Positions 41,263 through 52,546 are shown, numbered from the stretch's first letter. The stretch: 64,000 bases of DNA from Oculatellaceae cyanobacterium bins.114 (GCA_033764315.1 JANRJA010000170.1:1-64000), one strand, 5' to 3'. The notes: generated by a model not told the origin, from the letters alone. A program made the numbers and translations.

Positions 41263-42507
41263 ATGACAAAGCGTTTTTTTCAGATTGGGTTGTTGCTCAT
41301 CGTCTCTTTGGTATTGGTGCTGAACAGTTGGGTTCCGGCAGCATACGCCTTTACGGATGAGCAAAAGTTGCTGAGTGAAGTTTGGCGAATTGTGGATCGA
41401 GCCTATATTGACGACACGTTTAACCATCAAAACTGGTGGTTTGTGCGCCAAAGGGCACTGCAACAGAATTTGCAGAACCGGGAACAAACCTATACCGCCA
41501 TTCAGAAGATGTTGGCGAGTTTAGATGATCCCTTTACTCGGTTGCTGAAGCCAGACCAATATCGCAGCCTGCAAACCAACACCTCTGGAGAACTGACCGG
41601 AGTGGGGTTACAAATTACACAAGATCCTGAAACAGGGGAATTGCGTGTGATTGCCCCCATCGATCGGTCTCCCGCTGATGAAGCTGGAATTCAACCGCGC
41701 GATCGCATTCTTAAAATTAATGGGGTATCCACCTTTGATTTCACCTTAGACGAAGCCGCTGAACGGATGCGTGGGCCGATTGGCAGTCAGGTGACGTTGA
41801 CCATTGCCCATGATGACGAAGTGCCTAAAGACGTTTTATTAGTCCGCAACCGGATTACGTTGAACCCCGTCTACGCCGAACTGCGTCCTCAATCAGAAGG
41901 CATGAAGGTGGGCTATGTTCGGCTGACTCAATTTAACGCCAATGCCGCTCAGGAACTGGCTCATGCCATTCATCATTTAGAAGATGAAGGAGCAACAGCA
42001 TATGTGCTAGACCTCCGTAACAATCCAGGAGGGCTGTTGCAAGCTGGGATTGAGATTGCTCGCCTGTGGCTAGACCAGGGCACTGTGGTCTATACCGTCA
42101 ACCGTGAGGGCATTCAAGACAGCTTTGTGGCAAATGGACCCGCGTTGACGGATGATCCACTCGTGGTATTGGTCAATCAAGGCACTGCCAGTGCTAGCGA
42201 GATTTTGGCAGGAGCTTTGCAAGATAATGGTCGGGCTCGATTAGTAGGTGAGAAAACGTTTGGCAAAGGCTTGATTCAGTCGTTGTTTAACCTGTCTGAT
42301 GGATCTGGATTAGCCGTGACGATCGCCAAGTATGAAACACCTGACCACCACGACATCAACCGCCAGGGAATCGTCCCAGATGTTGTGGTTTCTACGGAAC
42401 CCATCAGTCGTGATCAAATGGGCACCGCAATCGATCCCCAGTATCAAGCTGCATTAGAGGTCTTGCATCAGCCACTCGTGGTAGCTGACATGGATGCAGG
42501 GGAATAG
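41263..42507 (+). CDS. ctpA: C-terminal processing protease
   Basis: PDZ domain, DLRNNPGG, TASASEI, TFGKG; divergent from petB. Confidence 0.92.
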   Translation: MTKRFFQIGLLLIVSLVLVLNSWVPAAYAFTDEQKLLSEVWRIVDRAYIDDTFNHQNWWFVRQRALQQNLQNREQTYTAIQKMLASLDDPFTRLLKPDQYRSLQTNTSGELTGVGLQITQDPETGELRVIAPIDRSPADEAGIQPRDRILKINGVSTFDFTLDEAAERMRGPIGSQVTLTIAHDDEVPKDVLLVRNRITLNPVYAELRPQSEGMKVGYVRLTQFNANAAQELAHAIHHLEDEGATAYVLDLRNNPGGLLQAGIEIARLWLDQGTVVYTVNREGIQDSFVANGPALTDDPLVVLVNQGTASASEILAGALQDNGRARLVGEKTFGKGLIQSLFNLSDGSGLAVTIAKYETPDHHDINRQGIVPDVVVSTEPISRDQMGTAIDPQYQAALEVLHQPLVVADMDAGE

Positions 42508-42583
42508 GGCTGTACTCATCATTTAGTCAGGAGTAGACGGAGTGGAAGAGCGAAAGAGCCACTCTCATGCCCATTGATCGACT

Positions 42584-42859
42584 TCACTCATCTTCATTAC
42601 TCATCGTCTCTGGAGAATCGGGTTTGACCAAGTTAGTGGGGGGGCGATCGCTGCTCCATGCCCACCAGACGATGTCACACTGACACTCGTAAAATTCTTG
42701 CCATTTGCGACGGTGGTCTTCTGTAAAGACAGGCGATCGCCGATTAATCCAAACTCGTTTTGCTTCGGTACACAGCGAGCGACAGTTAGGGCAACAAAAC
42801 TCCCAGGCATGAACTGCCGATTGAGTCCAGGCGGGAGGGGTTGGATCAAATGCATTCAT
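42584..42859 (-). CDS. Small Cys/Trp-rich hypothetical protein
   Basis: CCPNC...FYECQC...WWAW. Confidence 0.7.
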   Translation of the reverse strand: MNAFDPTPPAWTQSAVHAWEFCCPNCRSLCTEAKRVWINRRSPVFTEDHRRKWQEFYECQCDIVWWAWSSDRPPTNLVKPDSPETMSNEDE

Positions 42860-43118
42860 GCAGCAAGAAATGGTGGCGTCTACTCACTATCCTACTCCTT
42901 CAAGATTAGTGAATTGGGAAGCGATCGCTTGAAAATGGGGTCTTCAAATGATCAAAGCGTTAAGTTCGGGTAAAAAATACGATTTTTAATCTAAATTCAC
43001 GCCTGAGTTGCACCAAAACCGCTATTTTTAAGTACTGTCTTGTATAAATCCCAAAATCGATCTCGATTTGATCGCTCCTACTTCTAAACCCCCGGTCTGT
43101 CAGGGAGGACTAAATCTA

Positions 43119-44687
43119 ATGCCATTGAACATTATTTCCTTTGTCGGCATTTTCGCGTTGTGCGCGATCGCCTGGTTCTTCTCTGAACGGCGCGATCTAA
43201 AGTATTTTCCCTGGCGTGTGGTGATCTGGGGAATTGTGTTGCAGTTAATCTTGGGGTTTCTAGTCTTTTGGTTTCCCCCCACCAAGTTTATTTTAAATGC
43301 GTTTAGCCAGCTGTTAAACAGCGTTTTTGCAGCGACTGACGTTGGGGCTAACTTCGTCTTTGGTCATGTGCTGGTTCCTACCCCGCTCAATCCTCCGCGC
43401 AACCCAATTGACCCCCTATTAGGGCCGTTAGCTGGAATATTTGCCTTTCGAGTATTACCCGCTGTCATTTTCTTTGGCGGTCTGATGTCACTGCTCTACA
43501 ACATTGGTGTGATTCAGCCCGTTGTCAATTTCTTTGCAAAAATTTTCTATGCATTCATGCGGCTGAGTGGAGCCGAGTCACTCAGTGGAGCTGCCAATAT
43601 CTTTGTCGGCATTGAAGCGGCGATCGTCGTTAAGCCCTTTTTACCCAAGATGACCCGCAGCGAACTGTGTGCCATCTTAGCCTGTTGCTTTGGCACAGCT
43701 GCTTCTTCGACATTGGCGATTTATGTAGGGGCACTAAGAGATGTTTTCCCCAACATTTTGGTGCATCTCGTATCGGCATCCATTATTGCCATTCCTGCCT
43801 GCTTCGTCTTATCAAAAATTCTTGTCCCAGAAACCGAAATTCCTCTCACAGCAGGGGGTATTCCAGCAGAAGAAACGGTTGTTGAACGCGATGAGTACGG
43901 AGTATCGAAAGAAACAGTCGGTGGAGAAGTCATCGAACGAGTTAGCCCTGTAGATGCGGCGATTTTAGGAACCATCGATGGCATGAAAATGGCAGTGACG
44001 ATCGCCGCTGTCTTAATTTTTATCGTGGGGTTTGTCTCTCTGATCAACCAACTGTTTCAAGGCTTAGCAGGACTGCAAACCTCAGAGATTTTGGTTTTGC
44101 AACCCATCGGTCAATTTTTTAGTGTCGTCACCTTAGAAAACATCTTAGGAGCGTTGTTTCTGCCATTGACCGTGTTGACAGGGGTTTCATTAGACTGGAA
44201 CGAACTGTGGATATCATCTGTGTTGATTGGTAGCCGTCTGTTAAAAACAGCAATTCCCTCCTACATCCAATTGGGTCAACTGGCAGGACAAGGAGCCATG
44301 AGCGATCGCGCTATTTTGATTATTAGCTATGCGCTCTCTGGTTTTGCTCATCTCGCATCGGTTGGCATCTTTGTAGGTGGCACGATCGCATTAATTCCCT
44401 CACGTCGCAAAGATATCTCTGAGTTGGGTTGGAAGGCTCTCTTTATCGGCACGCTTGCCACGATTATGATTTCGTGTGTAGCAGGTGTATTTGACACAGG
44501 CGACCCCAGCATTTTGGGTGAGCCTCCAGCACAGACTGCTCCTGCGGCAGCTCCTGCCAGCCCAAATCCGGCGGCGACCACAGTTCCGGCTCCCACAACA
44601 ACTACCGCTCCGGCTCCCACAGCGACCACAGTTCCGGCTCCAGCAGCAACCACAGCTCCCGCTCCAACAGTGAGTCCTACTCCCTAG
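43119..44687 (+). CDS. CNT/NupC-family nucleoside transporter with a Pro/Ala/Thr-rich tail
   Basis: FAFRVLPAVIFF, SGAESLSGAANIFVG, SYALSGFA. Confidence 0.88.
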   Translation: MPLNIISFVGIFALCAIAWFFSERRDLKYFPWRVVIWGIVLQLILGFLVFWFPPTKFILNAFSQLLNSVFAATDVGANFVFGHVLVPTPLNPPRNPIDPLLGPLAGIFAFRVLPAVIFFGGLMSLLYNIGVIQPVVNFFAKIFYAFMRLSGAESLSGAANIFVGIEAAIVVKPFLPKMTRSELCAILACCFGTAASSTLAIYVGALRDVFPNILVHLVSASIIAIPACFVLSKILVPETEIPLTAGGIPAEETVVERDEYGVSKETVGGEVIERVSPVDAAILGTIDGMKMAVTIAAVLIFIVGFVSLINQLFQGLAGLQTSEILVLQPIGQFFSVVTLENILGALFLPLTVLTGVSLDWNELWISSVLIGSRLLKTAIPSYIQLGQLAGQGAMSDRAILIISYALSGFAHLASVGIFVGGTIALIPSRRKDISELGWKALFIGTLATIMISCVAGVFDTGDPSILGEPPAQTAPAAAPASPNPAATTVPAPTTTTAPAPTATTVPAPAATTAPAPTVSPTP

Positions 44688-45102
44688 AACAGGATGAAGG
44701 ATAACTGAACTCTTGTATCTTGCTCACTCGAATCCGTTGCGGGCTAATCCTTAAAACCCATTGATAAAGGTTAAAAATTGATTTGGTAAAAGAAGTGCAA
44801 ACATCTCGCTCATGGGCAATATGCCCGCACTGCGGAATTGCCAAATTATTTCCTTACCTTCCATCAATGGGTTAAAGTTCCTTCGTTCAAGGATTTTAGT
44901 CTGTCTCAATGAATTTTGCTGAGTCAGCCTACCTTTAGTCACAGGTCGGCGTTGAAACAGCGATCGAGAGAAGATGCTTTAGAGCTAACGAACTTATTCT
45001 CAAAATGAGAAGTGCTGGACGCAAGATAACAATTCCCGAATGGCAATGAAACAGATAGAATGGTTGGTTCTACTCTACACAACCGATCCTCTCTGCTGAG
45101 CC

Positions 45103-45486
45103 ATGAATCAAACGACTGAGTCCCTTACCGCTTTGGATGACAAACTTTCCAAGCGATTTATTGAACTCGACCCTCAAGGCTATTTCATCATTTATCTAGA
45201 CCGAGAGGCAAAACTGATTTGCGCGAAACACTACAGCAACGTCATTAACGACAAGGGGTTAGCCTGTGATCCGGCAACTGGAGAGGTGTTGTCTGTTCGC
45301 AGTCCGGTTGAACGCATTCCCACAGCCATTTTTGCAGGCAGAACGGCGAAGGAACTGTGTATCAAAATCTTTGAAGAAACCAAACCTTGCCCCATTAGCT
45401 ATTTAGATCACGCTGCTTATTTAGGGCGAGAGTTTGTTAGAGCAGAGATCGCGTTAGTGCAGGGACAAACCTATGTTCAAGATTAA
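45103..45486 (+). CDS. DUF4346-domain protein
   Basis: LDPQGYFII, GRTAKEL, LDHAAYLGRE, YVQD. Confidence 0.8.
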   Translation: MNQTTESLTALDDKLSKRFIELDPQGYFIIYLDREAKLICAKHYSNVINDKGLACDPATGEVLSVRSPVERIPTAIFAGRTAKELCIKIFEETKPCPISYLDHAAYLGREFVRAEIALVQGQTYVQD

Positions 45487-46036
45487 AGAGCGATCGCCCA
45501 TCTCGCAAAGATTCTCTCTAGGTCGTCCGCTGCGGTGTCTATCCGTGGTGTTAACAACAGTGCCCCTGCTGTTTGCAACGGCATGCACTACGACCGATAC
45601 AACCCAGTATGAAGCCACCGCATTGACCACCTATACCTGGCAGGTCGATTACACCACAACGGTTGGGGGAGGAGACGATCGCCCGCCTCGTATCGAAGAG
45701 TTTGAGTCTACGTCATTGCTCAATCGCAATGGACAGCCACCCGATGGGGCGGTGACTGGACCTGATGACCAGGGTTTGTGGTGGGCTGAGTTGCCACCTC
45801 GCCCTTCATTAGAGGAAATGGAAGCCCAGAAACAAGCTTCTGAACGCTTTGGCACTCCTCGCTTAAACAAAAGCGTAGACTATTCCCTCACCTTTGATAA
45901 AGCAGGAGAAACCGTGACACTTCCTACTAATTACTCGGTTTACAGTCAAATTGCTCGTTTATATCCAGATCAGCCACCGTTGGAATTAACACTGGGAGTG
46001 GAGGAATCGTCTGTGGAGAAGGCAGAACCAAAGTAG
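45473..46036 (+). CDS. Putative lipoprotein
   Basis: Hydrophobic stretch ending ATAC. Confidence 0.65.
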   Translation: MFKIKERSPISQRFSLGRPLRCLSVVLTTVPLLFATACTTTDTTQYEATALTTYTWQVDYTTTVGGGDDRPPRIEEFESTSLLNRNGQPPDGAVTGPDDQGLWWAELPPRPSLEEMEAQKQASERFGTPRLNKSVDYSLTFDKAGETVTLPTNYSVYSQIARLYPDQPPLELTLGVEESSVEKAEPK

Positions 46037-46047
46037 AGAAACCCAAA

Positions 46048-46075
46048 GTAGGGACATAGCTTGCCATGTCCCTAC
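46048..46075. repeat. GTAG-type REP-like palindrome
   Basis: GTAGGGACAT...ATGTCCCTAC between convergent genes. Confidence 0.65.
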
Positions 46076-46114
46076 AGGTCTCTTCGCTTTGCAAGTGATT
46101 TAATACAAAATCCC

Positions 46115-49100
46115 CTATGCAAAGTAATTGGCGACAGTAAGCACTCCTGCTCTGGCATCGCCCGGTTGTAGCCCAATGCGAGTGACATTGACCACCAAAT
46201 CACTGGTTGCTGAGAAGCCTGCCCGATTGTCGTTAACTGACAGGTAGGTGCCGCCTCGCCAGCTAAACAACACCGCTTCGTTGCGACGCAAGCCTTGGTT
46301 GCCAGTGGTGCGCTGGTCTTTGTCAGCATAGGCAGAACGAGCGGCATCCACTAAGAGACTGCTGTTTTCTCGACCAGAGTTAAATAAACCCCGTGGCAGG
46401 TTGGCAGTCGCCAATCGGTTATCAAAGTCGAGCACAATGCGATCGCCCTCTCCCGGTTTAAAGTCAAAGATTTGATCGGGTGCCGTCACCAACGAGTTTG
46501 CCAGGGCTGCCTGTTGGGTGCGACCAGAGTAAATAAAGCGATCGGCTCCCCTACCGCCAGCCGTCACATCCGATCCTAAACCACCATTCAAGCTATCATC
46601 GCCGCCCAGCCCTAACAGGCGATCGTTACCCGCTAGCCCTAACAACAGATCACCTGTATTACCTCCTCGCAGGCGATCGTTTCGTCCCGTTCCTCGAACG
46701 GTGATCAAATCGTTGTCGGCGATCGTCAATGTAGCGATGTCTTGAGCGGCTAAAACAGCTCCATTCGTTGGACTAGCCAACGCTAATGACACAGTCTCTG
46801 CGGCTTCAGAGATCGCATCATCTGTAATGGCGAGGTTAGCCGTAGCCGTAGTTTGTCCATCCGCAAAAGTAACGGTAATAGGAGTTCCAGTAAAGTCTGT
46901 AGTGGCAGTGGCAGTGCCTCCAGTTGCGGTTAAGTTGACGCTTAAATTTCCCGATGACCCACCCGTGCGAACCAAATTTATGGCGATCGCCCCCCCATTT
47001 TCAGCCACAGTATAGGTTGCCGCCCCAAACGCCACTGCCCCAACAGGAGCTTCTGCGGCGGTTAGACCTGCGGAACCAGCGGTGCCTGCCCCAATGGCAC
47101 CCAATAGCGTTGCGGCTCCTGTACTCAGCTCAATGGCATAGAGATTATTCACACCTCCCACCGTCAATGCTGCCAATCCCCGTCCTGTGGCTGGTGTGTT
47201 AGAGGTCGTTACCTGCACCCCAGAAGGAATGTCAAAGCCATTCACCGCCGTAAAGTCCAACGATGTGCCGTTCAAGGTAACGGCAAGTGCAGCGGTTTGA
47301 GTGCCGTTATTAGGCGGGTTTTGAATCAGCAACCGATTACTGACAGAGTCAAGCGTATACTGTGTAGTGGTTGTGGCACCCCCAAAGTTGTTGGTATAAG
47401 CCGTCGCATCTACTCCTGTAGCTGCACCATTGACTCCAGAATCAGGGTTAATGCCTGCGGTGACAACATTCCCATCTACAGGTGCTCCTGTAATCGGGTT
47501 GAGCCGGAAGTTTAGACCTGAGCTAGTGACAACCCGAATACGATCGACGGTGGGGTTAAAGTCGATGCCATAGCCAGCCGTAGCTGGGTCGGGTAAATCA
47601 ATCGGAGCTCCTACCCCATCAACAAAGGCGACTTGTCCTGGTGTGCCCACCACGGTCGCAGCTCCCGTTTGTGGATCCAGAATGAGAACGCTCCCTGTAT
47701 CAGCAGTTGCATTGACACTCAGGGCAAAGAGCTGCCCCGTTGCTGGACGAAAGTCAATACCAACAACTGTTTCACCTGCTGGCACACCCGTAATCGCTGT
47801 TGTCACAACCGTTCCTGGAGTGGCACTGCTAAACCGCAAGAGGCTTGCTCCGTTACTAGACAACGAAATTAGAGGAGTGCCCGTGGTGGTCGTATCGTTT
47901 TGGATAGCAAACCCTTGCACAGGTAAACTCCCTGTGCCGAGCGTTCCAAGGGCAGTCGCAACTCCAGTAGATAGCTCAATGCCATACAATCCGGTTGTAC
48001 CGCCGACCGTCAAAGCGGCGATCGCCCGTCCAGTCGCAGCCGTGTTCGACGTTGTCACATTCACCCCAGCCGGAATGTCAAACCCATTCACTGCCGTAAA
48101 GTCAAGCGGGCTGCCATTTAAGGTGACAGGCAGTGGAGCCGTCTGCGTGCCATTGTTAGGTGGGTTTTGAATCAACAATTGATTGCTAACCGCATCCAGG
48201 GTGTATTGGGTTGTGACAGTAACGTTAGGTGCATTGTTGGTGTAGGCGGTTGCATCCACAGTGGTGCTTGCCCCACTAATCGTGCCATCGGGATTGACCC
48301 CCGCCAAAACTGCATTGCCGTCAATCAATGCTCCAGTATTGGGATTCATGCGGAAATTAAACCCGCCATCCGTGACTACCCGAAAGCGATCGACCGTGGG
48401 GTTAAAGTCCACGCCAAAATTGGTGCCTGTAATCGGGGCAGGGTTAACTCCATCCACGGTTAATTGCACAGGAGCAGCGGTTAGAGGAGTAGCCACCCCC
48501 GTTTGAGGACTGATGGCATACAGCCTCACAGCTCCAGCCCCATCCCGTGCCAATCCATATAACCTGCCATTTTGAGGACGGAAATCGATGCCTACCAAAG
48601 ATTCGCCCGCCACGACACCAGTGATTGGAACAGCCGCATTCGGGCTATCAGGATTCGTCGTATCAAAGGTAATCAAGCTGTTGTTGCTGAGGACGTAACC
48701 GATGGCAAATGTGCCCGTATAACTCTGTTGTAATGCTGGCGTAAAAGCAACCGTGGCTTTCACGTTGCCCAAACTGCGATCGAAATTCCATTGACCATTG
48801 CCCACCGTTTGACTCGATGCTGCGATATTAGCTCCGGTTAGGTTCTGGAGGATATGTGAAAACGCATTCCACCCTTGCTCTGCCAATCGACAACCATACA
48901 ACACTAAATCCGCGCCTTGAACCAACACCTGCCGCCATTGGCTCAAGGAAGTTGCATAGTGTTGAAGATTAGCAAGATTGATTTGAGTATTGCCGAGCTG
49001 TAGACAACCAGGGCTACCATGCGCGACAACATGAACCTCTGTCACGTCGTAGCTGGTTTGCAAAACCTCACTGATTTGGGTGATGCCATCGCGATCGCTC

Positions 49101-49219
49101 TCTAACACAACCGCTTGATAGCCCGGTTTGAGGTGAGCCACCAGGGTTGAATAATCCTGAACAGCGCGATCGATAAAAACGTATGCAGTTCCGTTCACTT
49201 GCAAATTCTCCTTAACCAT
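46115..49219 (-). CDS. Large secreted/surface protein: DUF4347, two DUF4394-like repeats, Calx-beta, RTX nonapeptides, C-terminal bluetail-like domain
   Basis: HGSPG/LYGC, twice GIDFRP..G.L and DFNPTVDR, YTVAENGG, GxxGNDxL repeats. Confidence 0.82.
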   Translation of the reverse strand: MVKENLQVNGTAYVFIDRAVQDYSTLVAHLKPGYQAVVLESDRDGITQISEVLQTSYDVTEVHVVAHGSPGCLQLGNTQINLANLQHYATSLSQWRQVLVQGADLVLYGCRLAEQGWNAFSHILQNLTGANIAASSQTVGNGQWNFDRSLGNVKATVAFTPALQQSYTGTFAIGYVLSNNSLITFDTTNPDSPNAAVPITGVVAGESLVGIDFRPQNGRLYGLARDGAGAVRLYAISPQTGVATPLTAAPVQLTVDGVNPAPITGTNFGVDFNPTVDRFRVVTDGGFNFRMNPNTGALIDGNAVLAGVNPDGTISGASTTVDATAYTNNAPNVTVTTQYTLDAVSNQLLIQNPPNNGTQTAPLPVTLNGSPLDFTAVNGFDIPAGVNVTTSNTAATGRAIAALTVGGTTGLYGIELSTGVATALGTLGTGSLPVQGFAIQNDTTTTGTPLISLSSNGASLLRFSSATPGTVVTTAITGVPAGETVVGIDFRPATGQLFALSVNATADTGSVLILDPQTGAATVVGTPGQVAFVDGVGAPIDLPDPATAGYGIDFNPTVDRIRVVTSSGLNFRLNPITGAPVDGNVVTAGINPDSGVNGAATGVDATAYTNNFGGATTTTQYTLDSVSNRLLIQNPPNNGTQTAALAVTLNGTSLDFTAVNGFDIPSGVQVTTSNTPATGRGLAALTVGGVNNLYAIELSTGAATLLGAIGAGTAGSAGLTAAEAPVGAVAFGAATYTVAENGGAIAINLVRTGGSSGNLSVNLTATGGTATATTDFTGTPITVTFADGQTTATANLAITDDAISEAAETVSLALASPTNGAVLAAQDIATLTIADNDLITVRGTGRNDRLRGGNTGDLLLGLAGNDRLLGLGGDDSLNGGLGSDVTAGGRGADRFIYSGRTQQAALANSLVTAPDQIFDFKPGEGDRIVLDFDNRLATANLPRGLFNSGRENSSLLVDAARSAYADKDQRTTGNQGLRRNEAVLFSWRGGTYLSVNDNRAGFSATSDLVVNVTRIGLQPGDARAGVLTVANYFA

Positions 49220-50578
49220 AAACGAGATTTAAACGGGTTTTTGAGAAGGGTTTTTGAGAACAAGGCTCTGCCTACCAATCTCAATGAATGGCAGAAAACA
49301 CTAATTCCATTGGTTGAGGGAAATAACGGTAAACCTAAAATGTTGCTGGAGCGTCACGAGTAGTGATTGTTGAAGGTATTACGCCAGAGCAACCCATCTA
49401 GATGCACTTCCATTCAAAAATGGCGATCGCTTTGCTATAGATCTGATCAAGGCGATCAAGAAAGTGTATTCAGTAATACTAATTGAAAAGGCTTTAAATG
49501 GAATCGCTTGAGCACAAAAAGGGACTGAAATTACTCAGCCCCTATCAGAGAATAATGAGTTTCTAAAAAAATAGGTCTTACCAACGCGATCGCAAAAAAC
49601 CTAAATTACGCCATAGACCAAGACGACTGACATGTCTGAAGGCAAACTTTAGCGAGATCACGGCAAAGAGGGGCGATCGCAACTGGAAATGAGGTAGCAA
49701 TCCGCTCAATGCGATCGTCTAAAGTCAGGTCTGCAACGTCGTGAGATTGCTTGTGAATCAGCACAATCAAATCTGTAATGGCTCGAAAGATTAACGCCGC
49801 ATCATTGTTGTTAACGGGATATTGCACTGCCATCTCCAACCAATACTGCTTAAAAGTCGCTAACGCAAGGGGTTGAGCATTCATCTTCCAATCTCCATGA
49901 AGAACTTGAGTGAGTTTCAAGGGAGCGCAAGCAGAGCTAGATAGGTTTCTTTTGCTTGCTTCTTCAGGGAATACGGAGACAACCCGCGCGATCGCCATCA
50001 AGAGGAGATGAACGATTGTAAAGCTTTTGTAAAAAGTGCTCTCATCATCTACCACTAGCCCATGACTTCGGTGTAGTGTGCTTTTACTGACTCAGTAATT
50101 TTTCTCTCAAAATAGGGCAAAGCTGTGACCGATCGGTTCTATCCTTTGGGAGATAGCGTATGAGCAGATGGAATGATGAGAATAGCAACAGCAGATTGGA
50201 GAATTAAATGTAACTTCAATTTTGATAATATCTTTCAGGTCGCATCCCCATTTTAATAATTCGGCTTTGTTGTAAACACCTATGTTTGAAGTTTCTGCTC
50301 TTGCGCTGTGGCTCGCTTTGTTGACCGTTCTCTCATCTCTTCCAAAAGACTGTGGCATTAAAAGCAATTATCCCAATGGAGAAAGTGCTTTACATCCCCT
50401 GCCTGTTACTCCCTCTAAGTCAAGAGCACAATAACCCCTTTCTCTAGAGTGATTCACACCTTAAGGATGAAATCTTAGGAAGAGTTAGGTTCCTATATAT
50501 GCTGTACAAATTTTCAAATAAGCTCTAATGTGGCAACGGCACCCTTTAAACTGCCGTTTATGCTACAGGAGAGACGCA

Positions 50579-51376
50579 ATGTTGATTAGTCTGATTGCAG
50601 ACTACGGTACAGGCGATCCTGCCTTTATGGAGGTCACTCAGCGTCTTCTAACTGCTTTACCTGAAGCGCGAGTTCACTGGCTTTCGGTGCCTCCATTTAG
50701 CACCCTAGCAACTGGATTTTGGATCGCTCAATTAGGGCTGAACCCGGGCCCTCAGGAACGGTTAGTTTATCACAACTGTGCCCCTCGTCAAGACGACCCA
50801 GAGGCACGCCGCGATAACGAAGGCGAAGGATTAACCTATGCGTTGTTATCTAATGGAGTCAAAGTGGTTGGCGTGAATGCAGGCTTTACCCTTTCATTTA
50901 TCAAACACCACGCCAAACAGTTGCACACCATCAACGTCTCACGCGGGGGTTCCCAGTTTCGTTCGCGTGATGTGTTTCCGGTGGCGGCAACTGCGATCGC
51001 CCAAGATGACTTTAACCTTTTAGGCAATGCCTTTAGCCCAGACCAAATTCCTGATGCTCCGCTCGATCGGGTTGCCTGGATCGATGGCTATGGCAACATT
51101 AAAACTACCATTCCTGCCCATACTGTCAACTTAGAACCCGAAAGAAAAGTGGTGATTCGGATTGGGGATGTCGTCAGTGACGCGATTTACTCTGACGGTA
51201 GTTTTAAAGTCTCTGAAGGCACCCTTGCCTTTTCTCCCGGTAGTTCTGGTTGGACTGCCCCCGATGGCACTGAACTGCGCTGGATGGAATTATTTTTGCG
51301 CGGTGGCAATGCCTGGGAACGCTTTGCCCGCCCCAAAGTCAATCAACGAGTTGCCATCATTCCCAACGCCGCTTGA
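50579..51376 (+). CDS. SAM hydrolase/halogenase (DUF62)-like protein
   Basis: ISLIADYGTGDP, FRSRDVF, WIDGYGNIKT. Confidence 0.7.
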   Translation: MLISLIADYGTGDPAFMEVTQRLLTALPEARVHWLSVPPFSTLATGFWIAQLGLNPGPQERLVYHNCAPRQDDPEARRDNEGEGLTYALLSNGVKVVGVNAGFTLSFIKHHAKQLHTINVSRGGSQFRSRDVFPVAATAIAQDDFNLLGNAFSPDQIPDAPLDRVAWIDGYGNIKTTIPAHTVNLEPERKVVIRIGDVVSDAIYSDGSFKVSEGTLAFSPGSSGWTAPDGTELRWMELFLRGGNAWERFARPKVNQRVAIIPNAA

Positions 51377-51511
51377 GGAAAAATGAGAAGATAGGGATTG
51401 GTTAATGGTCAGTGGTTAATAGTCAATAGTTGATGGTAGGGTGGGCAATGTCCACCATCTTTAAGTCTGCCACTCTCTTCTTTTTTCCTTCTTTTTTCTC
51501 CCTACTCGCCT

Positions 51512-52462
51512 GTGTTCTTCAGCATCGTTATTCCTACTTATAATCGCAAGCCGATCCTAGAGAAGTGTTTGAAAGCTCTAGAGCATCAGCACATCACTTC
51601 GAGCAACTTGATTTTGGGTTATGAAGTTGTCGTAGTTGATGATGGCTCCACCGATGACACTATAGAGTGGTTGCGATCGCATCCCTCTGAGTTTGCCCAT
51701 GTCCGATTATTTGAGCAAGCCCACCAGGGACCTGCGGCAGCCCGAAATCTAGGAGTTGAGCAAGCAAAAGGAGACACGATCATCTTTATTGACAGCGATT
51801 TAGTGGTGACAGATCAGTTTTTGCAGGCCCACGCCCATGCCTTACAGGAAGGACAACAGCGACTGGGAAGCGATCGCCTCTTTACCTACGGTCGAGTCAT
51901 TAATACCTGCAATTTCGATGACCCCACCCGTGAGCCATTCAAAGTCACGGATTTTTCAGCGGCCTATTTTGCTACGGGCAATGTGGCGATCGCCCGTCAC
52001 TGGTTAGAACAAGTCGGGTTATTTGACACCCGCTTTCAACTCTATGGTTGGGAAGATTTAGAGTTGGGCGTTCGACTCAAGCAATTAGGCTTAACGCTAA
52101 TCAAGTGCCCAGATGCAGTGGGATATCATTGGCACCCCCCCTTTGCGCTGAGCCAGGTTCCTAAACTGATTGACCAAGAAATTCAACGAGGACGCATGGG
52201 GGTGCTGTTTTATCAAAAACACCCCACCTGGGAAGTGCGGATGATGATTCAAATGACCTGGTTGCATCGGGTGCTGTGGGGGGTTTTGTCCCTGGGTGGT
52301 AGCTTAAACGAGCGCACAATGGCACCTCTGCTGCAATGGCTGATCAATCGTGGCAAACCCCAACTGGCCTTGGAAGTCGCTCGCATCTTTTTAAACTGGT
52401 ACAACGTTCAGGGCGTCTATGAGGCTTATTCAAAGGCGACAGTGCTACCTGGTAAGAGTTGA
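51512..52462 (+). CDS. Glycosyltransferase family 2
   Basis: SIVIPTYNR, VVDDGSTD, FIDSD, GWEDLELG. Confidence 0.92.
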   Translation: MFFSIVIPTYNRKPILEKCLKALEHQHITSSNLILGYEVVVVDDGSTDDTIEWLRSHPSEFAHVRLFEQAHQGPAAARNLGVEQAKGDTIIFIDSDLVVTDQFLQAHAHALQEGQQRLGSDRLFTYGRVINTCNFDDPTREPFKVTDFSAAYFATGNVAIARHWLEQVGLFDTRFQLYGWEDLELGVRLKQLGLTLIKCPDAVGYHWHPPFALSQVPKLIDQEIQRGRMGVLFYQKHPTWEVRMMIQMTWLHRVLWGVLSLGGSLNERTMAPLLQWLINRGKPQLALEVARIFLNWYNVQGVYEAYSKATVLPGKS

Positions 52463-52546
52463 GGCGATCGCTCAAATTAAGCTTTTATTGGGTGTGATCT
52501 CGTGGTGCAATGGAAACAGCAACGTGCTGATAGGGTATAGCAAGCC

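Noticed and set aside
46827..48506. Several plus-strand ORFs
   Set aside because: Antisense shadows of the large surface-protein gene
49606..50367. Minus-strand ORFs of 149 and 86 aa
   Set aside because: No recognisable motifs; a short gene at ~49606-49885 is possible but unsupported
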